DNA of 59,895 bases from Candidatus Onthousia faecavium. Lineage in GTDB: Bacteria > Bacillota_I > Bacilli_A > RF39 > UBA660. This document shows, in pieces, positions 34,661-44,392 of this stretch (position 1 is its first letter; each line of letters opens with the position of its first letter). The notes beneath the pieces were generated by a model. It was given only the letters and a program-made list of their open reading frames with translations. It was not told where the DNA came from and did no database searches. The position numbers and the translations under genes were made by a program. The stretch covers positions 1 through 59,895 of the forward strand of contig DVIS01000046.1 of the NCBI GenBank assembly GCA_018711135.1, in the 5' to 3' direction.

Positions 34661-35563
34661 CTACTTTAATCTTAATCTTTTTTCATCAGCAATTATTCTA
34701 TCATAAGCTTCATTAATTTTGTGATAGTATTTTTTATTTTCGATGTAAAAATCTCCCAATAAAGATTTATTTATTATACACTTGATAATGGCATCTTCCA
34801 TATTATCACACACGGTAATTTGTTTATTTTTATCTAATGATTGTAGTTCTTGAAAAGATTTTGGCTTATCATATAGAGCACTGTATTTATATAAAGGTAT
34901 AACAATATCACTATCAGTACCTATTTTAGAATTAAATGGATAAGCTAAATTATTGTCATCATATCCTACAGTATAGAGTCTTATAGCCCTTGTTGTTATA
35001 TCAATTAAATAACTAATATCCTCATCTCTTACATAATTAATAGCATGATTTCCTAAAAATTTTTCTTTAAAGTAGTTATTAAGAAATAATCTTGTCTTTG
35101 CTAAATTATAATCGTTATGTAATGAAAGGGTTGTAAGAACTAAATCATTAGGCTTATTGAAATAATCCAAAAATTGTTGTAAGAAAGCAGCAGTATGACG
35201 ACAACAACCCTCACCCCTAAAGATTGATAAAGACAAATCAAAGATAAACGTTTCGTCTTGACAATTGATAAGATCATAACTAATGTTATTATTGATATAT
35301 TTTCCTGTTTCTGATAAAAGACCTCGATGAATCAGATGCTGACAAAGAATAGTTAATTCCGTAGCAGTATTAAAACCTAGTTCTTCTTTTAGGTCTTTAA
35401 TATGGCTAAAAACAAGATTATAATTTTCAACAATTTCTAAGTAATCAGGATTACTACTATATCCACTTATAAAATTTTCTCTTTCATTAGTAGTTTTTAT
35501 TACATAGACAAGTTCTTTTATAATATATTTTAACGATATTAATTCATCCTTAACTGTACTCAT
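34661..35563 (-). CDS. Hypothetical protein with a transglutaminase/papain-like Cys-His-Asp arrangement
   Basis: 'GEGCCRHTAAFL' ... 'NHAINYV' ... 'YLIDIT'. Confidence 0.5.
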   Translation of the reverse strand: MSTVKDELISLKYIIKELVYVIKTTNERENFISGYSSNPDYLEIVENYNLVFSHIKDLKEELGFNTATELTILCQHLIHRGLLSETGKYINNNISYDLINCQDETFIFDLSLSIFRGEGCCRHTAAFLQQFLDYFNKPNDLVLTTLSLHNDYNLAKTRLFLNNYFKEKFLGNHAINYVRDEDISYLIDITTRAIRLYTVGYDDNNLAYPFNSKIGTDSDIVIPLYKYSALYDKPKSFQELQSLDKNKQITVCDNMEDAIIKCIINKSLLGDFYIENKKYYHKINEAYDRIIADEKRLRLK

Positions 35564-35741
35564 AGTTTCCTTCTTTCTATAGGAAACTATTTTAGCACGA
35601 AAGTTGGTGGTGGTATATATTTTTTTTGATAAAATGCAACTTGTTCGATTGTATTACAAATATATTTATAGTATATTAGCTACTAGGAAATACTGACTGT
35701 TGAGTACTTGCCTCCATCTTATTAGGAAGGAGGCTGATGTT

Positions 35742-35831
35742 ATGAAGAAGAAAGATTTACTAATCTCTTTTCTAATATTAATCATCATTTTATTAATAGT
35801 TTCTTTAGTGATTCTATCGATAGAAAAATAG
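35742..35831 (+). CDS. Small hydrophobic peptide, candidate type I toxin (locus A)
   Basis: MKKKDLLISFLILIIILLIVSLVILSIEK*; strong SD GGAAGGAGG sequestered by upstream GCCTCC; promoter TTGTAT-N17-TATATT (35649-35677). Confidence 0.7.
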   Translation: MKKKDLLISFLILIIILLIVSLVILSIEK

Positions 35832-35973
35832 TACTCAATCTAACGATTAAGTACTAAACTCAAATTAACATGGGTAAGTACTCAACACGTGAAAGTTAAG
35901 TATTTCCCATTTTTATTTTATGCAAGACTCTTGCTTACATACTTATATTAGCATATATTTACCGAGTTGACAA
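35824..35973 (-). ncRNA. Candidate antisense antitoxin RNA (~115 nt) with promoter and terminator (locus A)
   Basis: TTGTCA(35968-35973)-N17-TAATAT(35945-35950) with extended TG. Terminator AGTACTTAATC-GTTA-GATTGAGTACT-ATTTTT overlaps the peptide stop codon. Confidence 0.6.
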
Positions 35974-36048
35974 GATATTTAGGTTATCATAATTGGCTCT
36001 ACTTATAATATTAACACAATCTTTAACATATAAATTAGTGGTGATATT

Positions 36049-36813
36049 ATGTCTAATTTTCTATATGCTTTTATGTTGTCATCTTTAGCAGGATTATCTA
36101 CTTTAGTTGGTTTTATCCCTGTGTTATTCAATTTAAAGAAAGAGAATTTAATTATTCTTTTAGCTTTAGCTTTTGCAAGTGGTGTTATGATTTGTGTATC
36201 TTTAACTGATTTAATACCAGAGAGTTTCTCTCTTTTGAAGACAATTTTTAAAGATTTTCCAGCTTTATTATTTCTTTTAATTTTTATTACAATAGGAATT
36301 ATTGTTTCTATTTCTATAGATAAGTTTTTACCTAAAACAGATTATAAAGATGTAAATAACAAAAAGCTATATAGATTAGGACTTGTTGCAATGCTTGCGA
36401 TTATTATGCACAATATTCCTGAAGGAGTTGCTACTTTTTTATCTTCTGCTACTAATAAGTCTTTAGGATTATCTTTAGCTTTAGCGATTAGTTTTCATAA
36501 TATTCCAGAAGGTATAAGTATTGCTATTCCCATTTATTTTAGTACCAAATCGAAAGTTAAAGCTTTTCTATATACACTAATATCTGGACTATCTGAACCT
36601 TTTGGAGCGATTCTTGCTTATTTATTTTTATCTAATATTATCAATAACTTTATTATGAGTATAATTTTAGCTTTGACCGCTGGGATTATGATTCATATAA
36701 GTTGTTATGAATTATTAAAGGAATCTTTAAGTTATAAGAGAAAAGCTATAACCATTCTTTGTTTTGTTATTGGCTTTAGTTTTATGTTACTTTCACATTT
36801 CTTGTTAGGATAA
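36049..36813 (+). CDS. zupT: ZIP-family zinc transporter (ZupT-like)
   Basis: 'AFASGVM', 'MHNIPEG', 'FHNIPEGISIAIP', 'SGLSEPFGA'. Confidence 0.9.
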   Translation: MSNFLYAFMLSSLAGLSTLVGFIPVLFNLKKENLIILLALAFASGVMICVSLTDLIPESFSLLKTIFKDFPALLFLLIFITIGIIVSISIDKFLPKTDYKDVNNKKLYRLGLVAMLAIIMHNIPEGVATFLSSATNKSLGLSLALAISFHNIPEGISIAIPIYFSTKSKVKAFLYTLISGLSEPFGAILAYLFLSNIINNFIMSIILALTAGIMIHISCYELLKESLSYKRKAITILCFVIGFSFMLLSHFLLG

Positions 36814-36863
36814 GTAGCATTTTAAATTGATAAAGAGAAGATTTTATAGTACAATATGTTTAG

Positions 36864-37112
36864 GTGTTAATTATGAAAAAGATTCTGATTAAATTAGTTC
36901 GTCTTTATCAGAAAATGCCATTTGCAAGTCATGGAGCTTGTCATTTTTATCCTACTTGTTCTAATTATATGATTGAAGCGATTGAAGAGTATGGTTCAAT
37001 TAAAGGTTGTTATCTTGGGTTTAAACGAATTCTAAGATGTCATCCCGGAGCAAGATTTGGATATGATCCAGTTATTAGAAATGAGGAAAAAAAGAATGAA
37101 AAGAAGATTTAA
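36864..37112 (+). CDS. yidD: Membrane protein insertion efficiency factor YidD
   Basis: '[27 protein letters not shown]....GYDPV'. Confidence 0.92.
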   Translation: MLIMKKILIKLVRLYQKMPFASHGACHFYPTCSNYMIEAIEEYGSIKGCYLGFKRILRCHPGARFGYDPVIRNEEKKNEKKI

Positions 37113-37983
37113 AAATTTAGGTAAGCTTGCTTTTCTTTCCTGTGCTGTTATGTTAGGAGCGACAGGATGTAAAAGTGATAATATGGAAGATATTGAAATA
37201 ATTACAACTAATTATCCTAATGAATACATTATTGAAAGATTATATGGTGATCATGCAAAGATAAGTACTATCTATCCTGATGGAGTTGATGTAGAAGACT
37301 ATAATTTTACGGATAAACAAAAAAGGGATTTTGCAAGTAAAGATTTGTTTATTTATACTGGTTTAATTGATCGTGAGCGTGATTTAACAGTAGAATTATT
37401 AGATTATAATGAGTCTTTAAAAATAATTGATAGCTCTTATGTCTTAGATAATGATTATGATATGGATGAGGTTTGGATTGATCCCTCATTTATGTTGATG
37501 ATGAGTCAAAATGTTAGATTAGGTTTGAAAGAATATGTTTCTAATAATTATTTGAAAGAAGAAATTGATAATAATTATGAAGAGTTAAAAGTAGATGTAT
37601 CTGAACTTGATGCTGATATTAGATTAGCGGTAGAAAATGCAAATTATAAAACTATTGTAGCGACAGATACAAATTATAAATTTCTAGAAAAATATGGTGT
37701 TACGGTGTATTTACTAAATGATGATACCTCTGATAAAGATTTAGTTACAATTGATGAATTAGTAGCAAATGGTAGTATTACGAAGATATTTAGTTATGAA
37801 GAAAATGAGGTTACTACTAATGTTCAAAATCTTATTAATAAATATCCGAATAATCTAGAAACAGTTAATTTTAAACATATGACAATTTTAACTGATGAAC
37901 AAAGAGAAACGAAAACTGATTATATAACATTGATGAATCAAAATCTTGATATCTTAAAAGAAGAGTTGTATCATACAAATTAA
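37096..37983 (+). CDS. Metal ABC transporter substrate-binding lipoprotein (ZnuA/AdcA-like)
   Basis: Lipobox 'GATGC', 'TTNYP...I..RLYGD', 'DEVWIDP'; metal-binding histidines look degenerate. Start moved from 37057 to 37096. Confidence 0.7.
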   Translation: MKRRFKNLGKLAFLSCAVMLGATGCKSDNMEDIEIITTNYPNEYIIERLYGDHAKISTIYPDGVDVEDYNFTDKQKRDFASKDLFIYTGLIDRERDLTVELLDYNESLKIIDSSYVLDNDYDMDEVWIDPSFMLMMSQNVRLGLKEYVSNNYLKEEIDNNYEELKVDVSELDADIRLAVENANYKTIVATDTNYKFLEKYGVTVYLLNDDTSDKDLVTIDELVANGSITKIFSYEENEVTTNVQNLINKYPNNLETVNFKHMTILTDEQRETKTDYITLMNQNLDILKEELYHTN

Positions 37984-38017
37984 AAAAAGAAAAGTTATTC
38001 GCAATGAATAACTTTTT

Positions 38018-39055
38018 TTAAAATAATCTTAAGATATCATAGAAAGTAACATATAGCATTAATAACATAAGAAGGAATAATCCAGCGGCATGGAATTTAG
38101 CTTCTGTCTCTGGCTTAACAGGACTTCCTTTTATCTTTTCAATAATAATAAATAAAATATGTCCACCATCAAAGGCTGGTAGTGGTAGAAGATTAATAAA
38201 GCCAACATTGATTGATAAAAATGAGAATAAGTAAAGAATACTTGCTATTCCCCCACTCGCTTGGGCACCGACAACCTCATAAATGCCGACCGGACCACTT
38301 AATTGATTTAAAGCAATACCTCCAGTAAAGAGATTAACTAAAGTAACAGCCATTTGTTTAAATAAAGAACCTGTTTTAACTACCATATATTCTAAAGCAC
38401 TAACAAAGCCATGCTGTTCTTCACCTTTCATTTCAATGCCATATATATAGCGTTCTGTGCCATCAATGGTTTCCTTTTCAGGCTTAATCTTGTAAGTTTC
38501 AACATCACCATTCTCTTTTTTCACCTCAAAAGTATTCTCTTCTTCAGGATTAGCAATAGCAAGATATAAAGAAATATCATCAATTGTCCAAATATCATGG
38601 CCATTTATTTCTAAGATTTCATCACCTTTACGTATACCTGCTTCATAAGCTGGAGAATCTTCCGTAACATTTGATAAGACTGGGTCTAATGAAGTCGAAC
38701 CAAAGATAAGACCAATAAAAAATAAAACTAAGATAGCAGAGATAAAGTTAAAACCCGCTCCAAAGAACATAACTAAGAACTTTTGCCATGGCTTTTTTCC
38801 TTGTAGAGTTCTATTTTTAGGAACATCTGGATCTTCTGTATCATCCTCTCCTGCTAATTGACAAAAACCACCAATAGGAATTGCTCGTAAAGAATAGACT
38901 GTTTCTCCTTTTTTAAAACTAAATAATTTTGGCCCCATACCTAAAGCGAATTCATAGACATAGATACCGGTTAATTTAGCGAAAAGGAAATGTCCTCCTT
39001 CATGAACAAAGATAATTGAGCCTAATAGAATTATGAATAATAATAATGTAACCAT
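38018..39055 (-). CDS. rseP: RIP metalloprotease RseP
   Basis: 'FVHEGGH', 'RAIPIGGFC', PDZ domain, 'NLLPLPAFDGGH'. Confidence 0.95.
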   Translation of the reverse strand: MVTLLLFIILLGSIIFVHEGGHFLFAKLTGIYVYEFALGMGPKLFSFKKGETVYSLRAIPIGGFCQLAGEDDTEDPDVPKNRTLQGKKPWQKFLVMFFGAGFNFISAILVLFFIGLIFGSTSLDPVLSNVTEDSPAYEAGIRKGDEILEINGHDIWTIDDISLYLAIANPEEENTFEVKKENGDVETYKIKPEKETIDGTERYIYGIEMKGEEQHGFVSALEYMVVKTGSLFKQMAVTLVNLFTGGIALNQLSGPVGIYEVVGAQASGGIASILYLFSFLSINVGFINLLPLPAFDGGHILFIIIEKIKGSPVKPETEAKFHAAGLFLLMLLMLYVTFYDILRLF

Positions 39056-39063
39056 CTTGCCTC

Positions 39064-39864
39064 CTAAATAACACCCATTACTAATATAAATGATAAGATA
39101 ACAAAAATTAGACTATCAAAACGATCTAATATTCCTCCATGACCAGGAATTAAAGAAGAAAAATCTTTAACTCCAAAGGTTCTTTTGATACTTGAGAAAA
39201 CTAAATCTCCTAATTGGCCTACTAAAGCCAGGAATAAAGTTATAAAAATTAGAATAGCTAAAGAAATTTTAGGATCAATTACAACGTAATAGAAAGTACT
39301 AGCAACAAAAGTACCCATTACTAACCCACCAATTAAGCCTTCTATTGTTTTATTAGGACTAATAGTTGGAGCTAGTTTGTTTTTACCTATATATTTGCCA
39401 GTTATAAAAGCAAAAGTATCAGTTATAACCGTGATTAGTAATAAATAGATTAAATAATTTAAACTATAATTACGTAGAACAACAATTAAATTAAAAGCAA
39501 CGTTGATAAATAATAGTGAACCTATTAAATATAAAGCATCAGTAATATTATATTTTTCTTTATTACTTACTAATAATATAGGTAATAAGAAAATTAATAT
39601 TATGAAGCTTATTAAATGATAGTCCATGGTATAACTATAGATACTTTTATCGAAAGATAAAACATTAGCTAGAATAATCAGTAAAAAGCTTATTACTTTA
39701 ATAAAAGTAGGAAATTTCTTTTTCTTCTCTCTTATTGTAATTAATTCATACAATGCACCTAATGATAAAATAGTCATAAATAGGGCAAAGAAAACTCCAC
39801 CTAACAATAATAAAGGCACAAATATTAAAATCATTATAATTGCACTTAAAACTCTCTTTTTCAT
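39064..39864 (-). CDS. cdsA: Phosphatidate cytidylyltransferase
   Basis: 'TDTFAF..GK..GK.KLAP.ISPNKTIEG', 'GDL..S.IKR..GVKDF..LIPGHGGILDRFDS'. Confidence 0.95.
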   Translation of the reverse strand: MKKRVLSAIIMILIFVPLLLLGGVFFALFMTILSLGALYELITIREKKKKFPTFIKVISFLLIILANVLSFDKSIYSYTMDYHLISFIILIFLLPILLVSNKEKYNITDALYLIGSLLFINVAFNLIVVLRNYSLNYLIYLLLITVITDTFAFITGKYIGKNKLAPTISPNKTIEGLIGGLVMGTFVASTFYYVVIDPKISLAILIFITLFLALVGQLGDLVFSSIKRTFGVKDFSSLIPGHGGILDRFDSLIFVILSFILVMGVI

Positions 39865-39917
39865 AAATATCCTCCGTCTATATTAAGTATAATATAATTT
39901 TTCACTTTAGACAATAA

Positions 39918-40844
39918 TTATAAGTGTTTTAATAATCTTTTATCCTGTAAATCTAAGCCTGTTTCCCTAAGAAGTCTTTTATTTACTATTTTTTCTAAAG
40001 CAAAATCTAAATCTAGACATCTTTCTGTTAGAGGCTTTTCTTTAGTTGTTTTATAGTTATAGTCTGCCATTAAATAGGCAATAATATGCTCATAATCTAA
40101 TAAAGGAATATTGTGACTAGCAAGAGCTTTACTTAACTTAGTAAAGTCTTCGGAAGAAAGTTCTCCTGTCTGATAAAATTTATCAGTTAGTTTAAAAATA
40201 TTTATTTCTTGTTCTATTATAGCAGTTGAATCTCGATAAACCATCGCCGTATCTTTACTATATCCTAGAGTTTCTAAGTATTCTTGAAAATAAAAAGTGT
40301 TTAAATAAGCTAAATATTCACTATATAAATTTAAGAATGATTCGTTATCATAATTACTAGTTAGAGAAAAATGAAAGAGATGGGTATATTCATGAATTAA
40401 ATTACAAGCTAGTCTTAAATTATGATAGTTAGTAGCCATTATAATGTTAGATTGGGAGTTATATAAGGCTTCACCAATTAATAAGTCCCTAGCTTCTTCG
40501 ATAGTTAAGAATGGAACATCATAATTTAGTAAATTATCTTTTTTATTTATATAATTATAAAGTAACTCCCTGTCATAAATAACTACTTTTTCCTTACGAT
40601 GAGTTTGGTAATAATCGTAAAAGACCGGATAGAATTCTTTTAAATATTCTCCTAATAGAGTAAATGATTCTTCGGTAGTAATATTAGATTGCATGGTAAT
40701 TCTCCGGTCATAAGTTAGTTTTATGTTTTCTAGTGTGTCATGATACTCTTGGTAATATAAAGATAGAAAAGGATCTCTTTCTATCTCACTATACACACTT
40801 ATTAAGAAATGTCTTGCTATAATTTTTTCTGAAATTTTATCCAT
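39918..40844 (-). CDS. HEXXH zincin-like hypothetical protein, paralog 1
   Basis: 'NLIHEYTHLFH' plus a downstream 'YSEYLAYLNTFYF'. Confidence 0.55.
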   Translation of the reverse strand: MDKISEKIIARHFLISVYSEIERDPFLSLYYQEYHDTLENIKLTYDRRITMQSNITTEESFTLLGEYLKEFYPVFYDYYQTHRKEKVVIYDRELLYNYINKKDNLLNYDVPFLTIEEARDLLIGEALYNSQSNIIMATNYHNLRLACNLIHEYTHLFHFSLTSNYDNESFLNLYSEYLAYLNTFYFQEYLETLGYSKDTAMVYRDSTAIIEQEINIFKLTDKFYQTGELSSEDFTKLSKALASHNIPLLDYEHIIAYLMADYNYKTTKEKPLTERCLDLDFALEKIVNKRLLRETGLDLQDKRLLKHL

Positions 40845-40857
40845 GGAAATCCCTCTT

Positions 40858-42057
40858 TCAATTTTTTTCTAAAAGAAAGTCTATTATATTTTTATGAATA
40901 ATTCCATTTTGTGAATAATCTAACTTGTCAGTAGAAATAACATATTTTGGATAATTATCATCTATATTATCGTATGCAGAAAACTCTCTTTCTTCAGTAT
41001 CATCACTAGCTAAGGTGTAAGCAACTTGATAATATTCTTTTTGATTATATTTTGTCGCAATAAAATCTATCTCTTTACCATTGTTATTACCAATGTTAAC
41101 ATTGTAACCTCTATATATTAATTCATTATAGACAATATTTTCTAAATAAGCACCAAATTGTGTTTTCTTATTGATATTAAGTACCTGTCCTAAACCTAAA
41201 TCTTGCAAATAGTATTTATCTTTTCTTGATAGTATTTTCTTTCCTCTAATGTCATAAGCTGATACTTTTGACATTAATAATGACGATTCAGCATAATCTA
41301 AACATTCGTATATTGTTCTTGTAGAAATAGGAATTTCTTCTTTAGTAAATTCTTTTAACATATTTGTTGGGGAAAAGGATTGGGATAGATTGGTAGCTAA
41401 ATATTCAATCACTCTTTGAAATAAAGTAATGTTCTTAATATTATTTTTTTTAACAATATCTTTTAAAACAATAGCGTCAAAAACATCTGATAGATAGGCT
41501 TTTGTAGCATCGATAGTTTTAAATTCAAATCTTTGAGGAAGACCACCCCATAGTAAGTAATCATTAAAAGCATCTTCAATATCTCTTTTATCTGTTAATT
41601 GTTTCAGCTCTACTACCTCACTGAAAGAAAATGGTGCAATTTTAAAAGATACATAACGACCTGATAATAAGGTTGCTAGTTCACTAGATAAAAGCTTTGA
41701 GTTAGAACCCGTTACAAATATAGAAACATTTAAGGTTGCTTTAAAAGAATTAACAGCTTTTTCCCATTCTTCTACTAACTGAATTTCATCAAAAAGCAAA
41801 TAATATTTAGATTCATCTGTTATTTTTTCTTTTACATATTTATTTAAATCTAAATAATTTTTAATATAAGAATATTCAACATCTTCAAAATTAATATAAA
41901 TAATATGATTGTCAGTTACTTTTTCTTCTTTAAGTTCATCCATAATTTGTTTTAATAGAACAGATTTACCACATCTTCTAATTCCAATAATAACTTTAAT
42001 TAAATCTGCGTCATAAAACTCTCTCATTTTAGACAAATATTTTTCTCTTTTTATCAT
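40858..42057 (-). CDS. AAA_14 / DUF4143 family ATPase
   Basis: 'GIRRCGKS', 'LFDEIQ', 'TGSNS.LLS.EL.T.LSGR', 'KYYLQDLG', 'LENIVY.EL..RGY', 'EIDF'. Confidence 0.88.
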   Translation of the reverse strand: MIKREKYLSKMREFYDADLIKVIIGIRRCGKSVLLKQIMDELKEEKVTDNHIIYINFEDVEYSYIKNYLDLNKYVKEKITDESKYYLLFDEIQLVEEWEKAVNSFKATLNVSIFVTGSNSKLLSSELATLLSGRYVSFKIAPFSFSEVVELKQLTDKRDIEDAFNDYLLWGGLPQRFEFKTIDATKAYLSDVFDAIVLKDIVKKNNIKNITLFQRVIEYLATNLSQSFSPTNMLKEFTKEEIPISTRTIYECLDYAESSLLMSKVSAYDIRGKKILSRKDKYYLQDLGLGQVLNINKKTQFGAYLENIVYNELIYRGYNVNIGNNNGKEIDFIATKYNQKEYYQVAYTLASDDTEEREFSAYDNIDDNYPKYVISTDKLDYSQNGIIHKNIIDFLLEKN

Positions 42058-42139
42058 TAATCATCACCTACAACAAGTATAAATGATAAAACAATTAAAA
42101 TCAATATGTTTTTCTACAGAAAAATATACCGCTCTTTTT

Positions 42140-43087
42140 TTAAGCATATTTTTTTATTAAACGTTTATCTTGTAAATCTAGACCTGTTTCAGCCATAACT
42201 TTGCTATCTACGGTTTTACTTAAATCTTTAGCTAGTATATCACAACGTTTAGATAGATCTATATCTTTAGTTTCTTGGTAATTATGAAAGGCCGTTAGAA
42301 AAGCGATTAAATGATGATAGTCATTAAGAGGAATATAGTCTTCTTTAAGACATTCTGTTATTAGTTCAAAATCTGTCTCTTCAAGTGGCTTCTTTTTATA
42401 ATAATCATCCATTAGCATAAAAATATCACTAGCAGCCATAATATTGTCAAAGAGAATACCATTACTAATTTCATAGTCAGAAAAATATCCTAGACTTTCA
42501 AGATAATCCCCAAAATAAAAGCTATTTAAGTAAGCAAGATATTCTGTATAGAGATAAAAACACTCTGTATTTTGTTTACTATTAAAGTCATCATATATCT
42601 TATGCGTATACTCATGAATAAGCGTAATGGCCGTATTAATATCATTAGTACTGACAATATTAATATCTTTTAAAATATAATCATAATAGCCCTCTCCACT
42701 TAGCAGAGCTTTCGCTTCTTCAAGAGTTAATGGTGGTAATTTCTTCTTGGTAGTTAGTATTTCCTCTTTACTCATTCCAATATATTCTTCAAGGTCTTTC
42801 TTAGGATAGATTGCTAACTTAAGTTTAGAATGTAAGAGATATGTATCATATAAATCTGGATAATATTCTTTTAAGAAATTTCCTACTAAAGTGATAATCT
42901 CATCATTACTAAAATATCTTAAAGGTCCTTCTTTAAGAGGATATTCTTCAACGCCAAATAGCAGATCTTTATAATCTTTAAAATGCTTTTTTAAATATTT
43001 ATCATTTTTTATACTTTCATAATAATAGTTAAGTATATTTCTTACCTCTTTTTCACTCATCTTGAACCACCTATTAAAATTATACAA
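42140..43087 (-). CDS. HEXXH zincin-like hypothetical protein, paralog 2
   Basis: 'TLIHEYTHKIY' plus 'YTEYLAYLNSFYF'; C-terminal 'ETGLDLQDKRL' shared with paralog 1. Confidence 0.55.
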   Translation of the reverse strand: MYNFNRWFKMSEKEVRNILNYYYESIKNDKYLKKHFKDYKDLLFGVEEYPLKEGPLRYFSNDEIITLVGNFLKEYYPDLYDTYLLHSKLKLAIYPKKDLEEYIGMSKEEILTTKKKLPPLTLEEAKALLSGEGYYDYILKDINIVSTNDINTAITLIHEYTHKIYDDFNSKQNTECFYLYTEYLAYLNSFYFGDYLESLGYFSDYEISNGILFDNIMAASDIFMLMDDYYKKKPLEETDFELITECLKEDYIPLNDYHHLIAFLTAFHNYQETKDIDLSKRCDILAKDLSKTVDSKVMAETGLDLQDKRLIKKYA

Positions 43088-43152
43088 TAGAAACTAGATT
43101 CAAGTATATTTTTTTTGCAAAATTTAAAAAAAGCTACGCAGAAACGTAACTT

Positions 43153-43401
43153 TTAAAACTTATCAATATTAATTTTAACATATTTGTTATCATGAAGACT
43201 ACTACTAGCTTGAACTAAACATCTAATAGCATTAGCAGTAGTACCATTCTTACCAATGACACGACCGATATCACTTTCACTAACTAATACCTCAATGATA
43301 ATTTCTTGATCATTTTCACTAGGGAATTCTTTAACCGTTACTGCTTCTTCATCTTTAACAATACTTTTAACTATCTTTTCAGTTAATTCTACTAATGACA
43401 T
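43153..43401 (-). CDS. khpA: KH-domain RNA-binding protein KhpA
   Basis: 'DIGRVIGKNG.TANAIR'; directly downstream of rpsP. Confidence 0.9.
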   Translation of the reverse strand: MSLVELTEKIVKSIVKDEEAVTVKEFPSENDQEIIIEVLVSESDIGRVIGKNGTTANAIRCLVQASSSLHDNKYVKINIDKF

Positions 43402-43682
43402 TATTTACTTTCCTTTTTATTTTTAGATTCAGCAAATTCTTTCATAACGCCAGCTTCTTTTAACAAGCTTCTAACTGTATCTGATGGAATAGCACCATTA
43501 TTTAACCATTTCATAGCGATATCTTTATCAATTTTTACCTCTTTTTCACTACTAATTGGATTATATGTACCTATTTGTTCAATATATTCTCCATCTCTTC
43601 TACTTCTAGAATCAGTTGCTACAATTCGATAAAATGGTCTTTTCTTAGCTCCCATTCTCATTAATCTAATTTTTACTGCCAT
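43401..43682 (-). CDS. rpsP: 30S ribosomal protein S16
   Basis: '[31 protein letters not shown]'. Confidence 0.99.
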   Translation of the reverse strand: MAVKIRLMRMGAKKRPFYRIVATDSRSRRDGEYIEQIGTYNPISSEKEVKIDKDIAMKWLNNGAIPSDTVRSLLKEAGVMKEFAESKNKKESK

Positions 43683-43715
43683 AATTATTTCCTTCCTTTC
43701 TTTAAAACTGATACT

Positions 43716-43744
43716 ATTATACAGAAATAAAAAACAACTGTCAA
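43716..43744 (-). promoter_or_regulatory. Consensus SigA promoter of rpsP-khpA
   Basis: TTGACA-N17-TATAAT. Confidence 0.85.
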
Positions 43745-43795
43745 TATTTTTTTATTGACAGTTTAAAGAAAGTCCCGTTAAGCTTAACATAAGGA

Positions 43796-44332
43796 CTATT
43801 TATTATCTTCTTCTAAATATTCTTCTACTACCTCTTCATCAATTTTTTCATCAATTGTTTCGTCACTATCCATAATTTCGTCCCAATCATCTATTTCATC
43901 AAGGGTATTAATTCTAACTTTAGTATCTCCTACTAATTCTATACCTAGAACTTTATCAATTATACAGTTAATATTATTACCAGCTATTTCAGCTTTAACA
44001 CAACTTGGACCACTTAAGCTCCTAATAATAACCTCTTGATTTGTAAGGTTATCATCACCACCTTGAACATTAATTGTCTCGGTATAATTCTTTGTTTCTT
44101 TTAACACCTCAGTCTTAGTATCATTATCATATGAATACCAAATATTTACATCATAACTACCATTTATAGTGACAACTCCACTTTGAACAGTTCCAGTGAA
44201 ATTATGGTTTATAACCCAACACCCCAACACTGTGGTGGGATTATTATTAACGGGCAAAGTTAAGTTATCAGTAAATTGTTTTTTTCCTTTACCAATAACT
44301 GCCTTTGTTACAATTTCTCTAAAGCTTGCCAT
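43796..44332 (-). CDS. cotE: Outer spore coat morphogenetic protein CotE
   Basis: 'REIVTKAVIGKGKK', 'LGCWVINH', 'GSYDVNIWYSY..DTKTEV'; acidic tail. Confidence 0.93.
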   Translation of the reverse strand: MASFREIVTKAVIGKGKKQFTDNLTLPVNNNPTTVLGCWVINHNFTGTVQSGVVTINGSYDVNIWYSYDNDTKTEVLKETKNYTETINVQGGDDNLTNQEVIIRSLSGPSCVKAEIAGNNINCIIDKVLGIELVGDTKVRINTLDEIDDWDEIMDSDETIDEKIDEEVVEEYLEEDNK

Positions 44333-44352
44333 GGTTTTCCCTCCTCTAATTT

Positions 44353-44378
44353 AATTTATGCTTAAATAGGTCAAAAGT
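44353..44378 (-). promoter_or_regulatory. SigK/SigE-type promoter of cotE
   Basis: AC-N16-CATAAATT matches the SigK pattern AC-N16-CATAnnnT. Confidence 0.5.
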
Positions 44379-44392
44379 ATACAAAAAAAGAA

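Noticed and set aside
43738-43762. 9-bp inverted repeat CTGTCAATA/TATTGACAG overlapping the rpsP -35
   Set aside because: Most simply part of the cotE terminator region; no evidence for a separate regulatory role.
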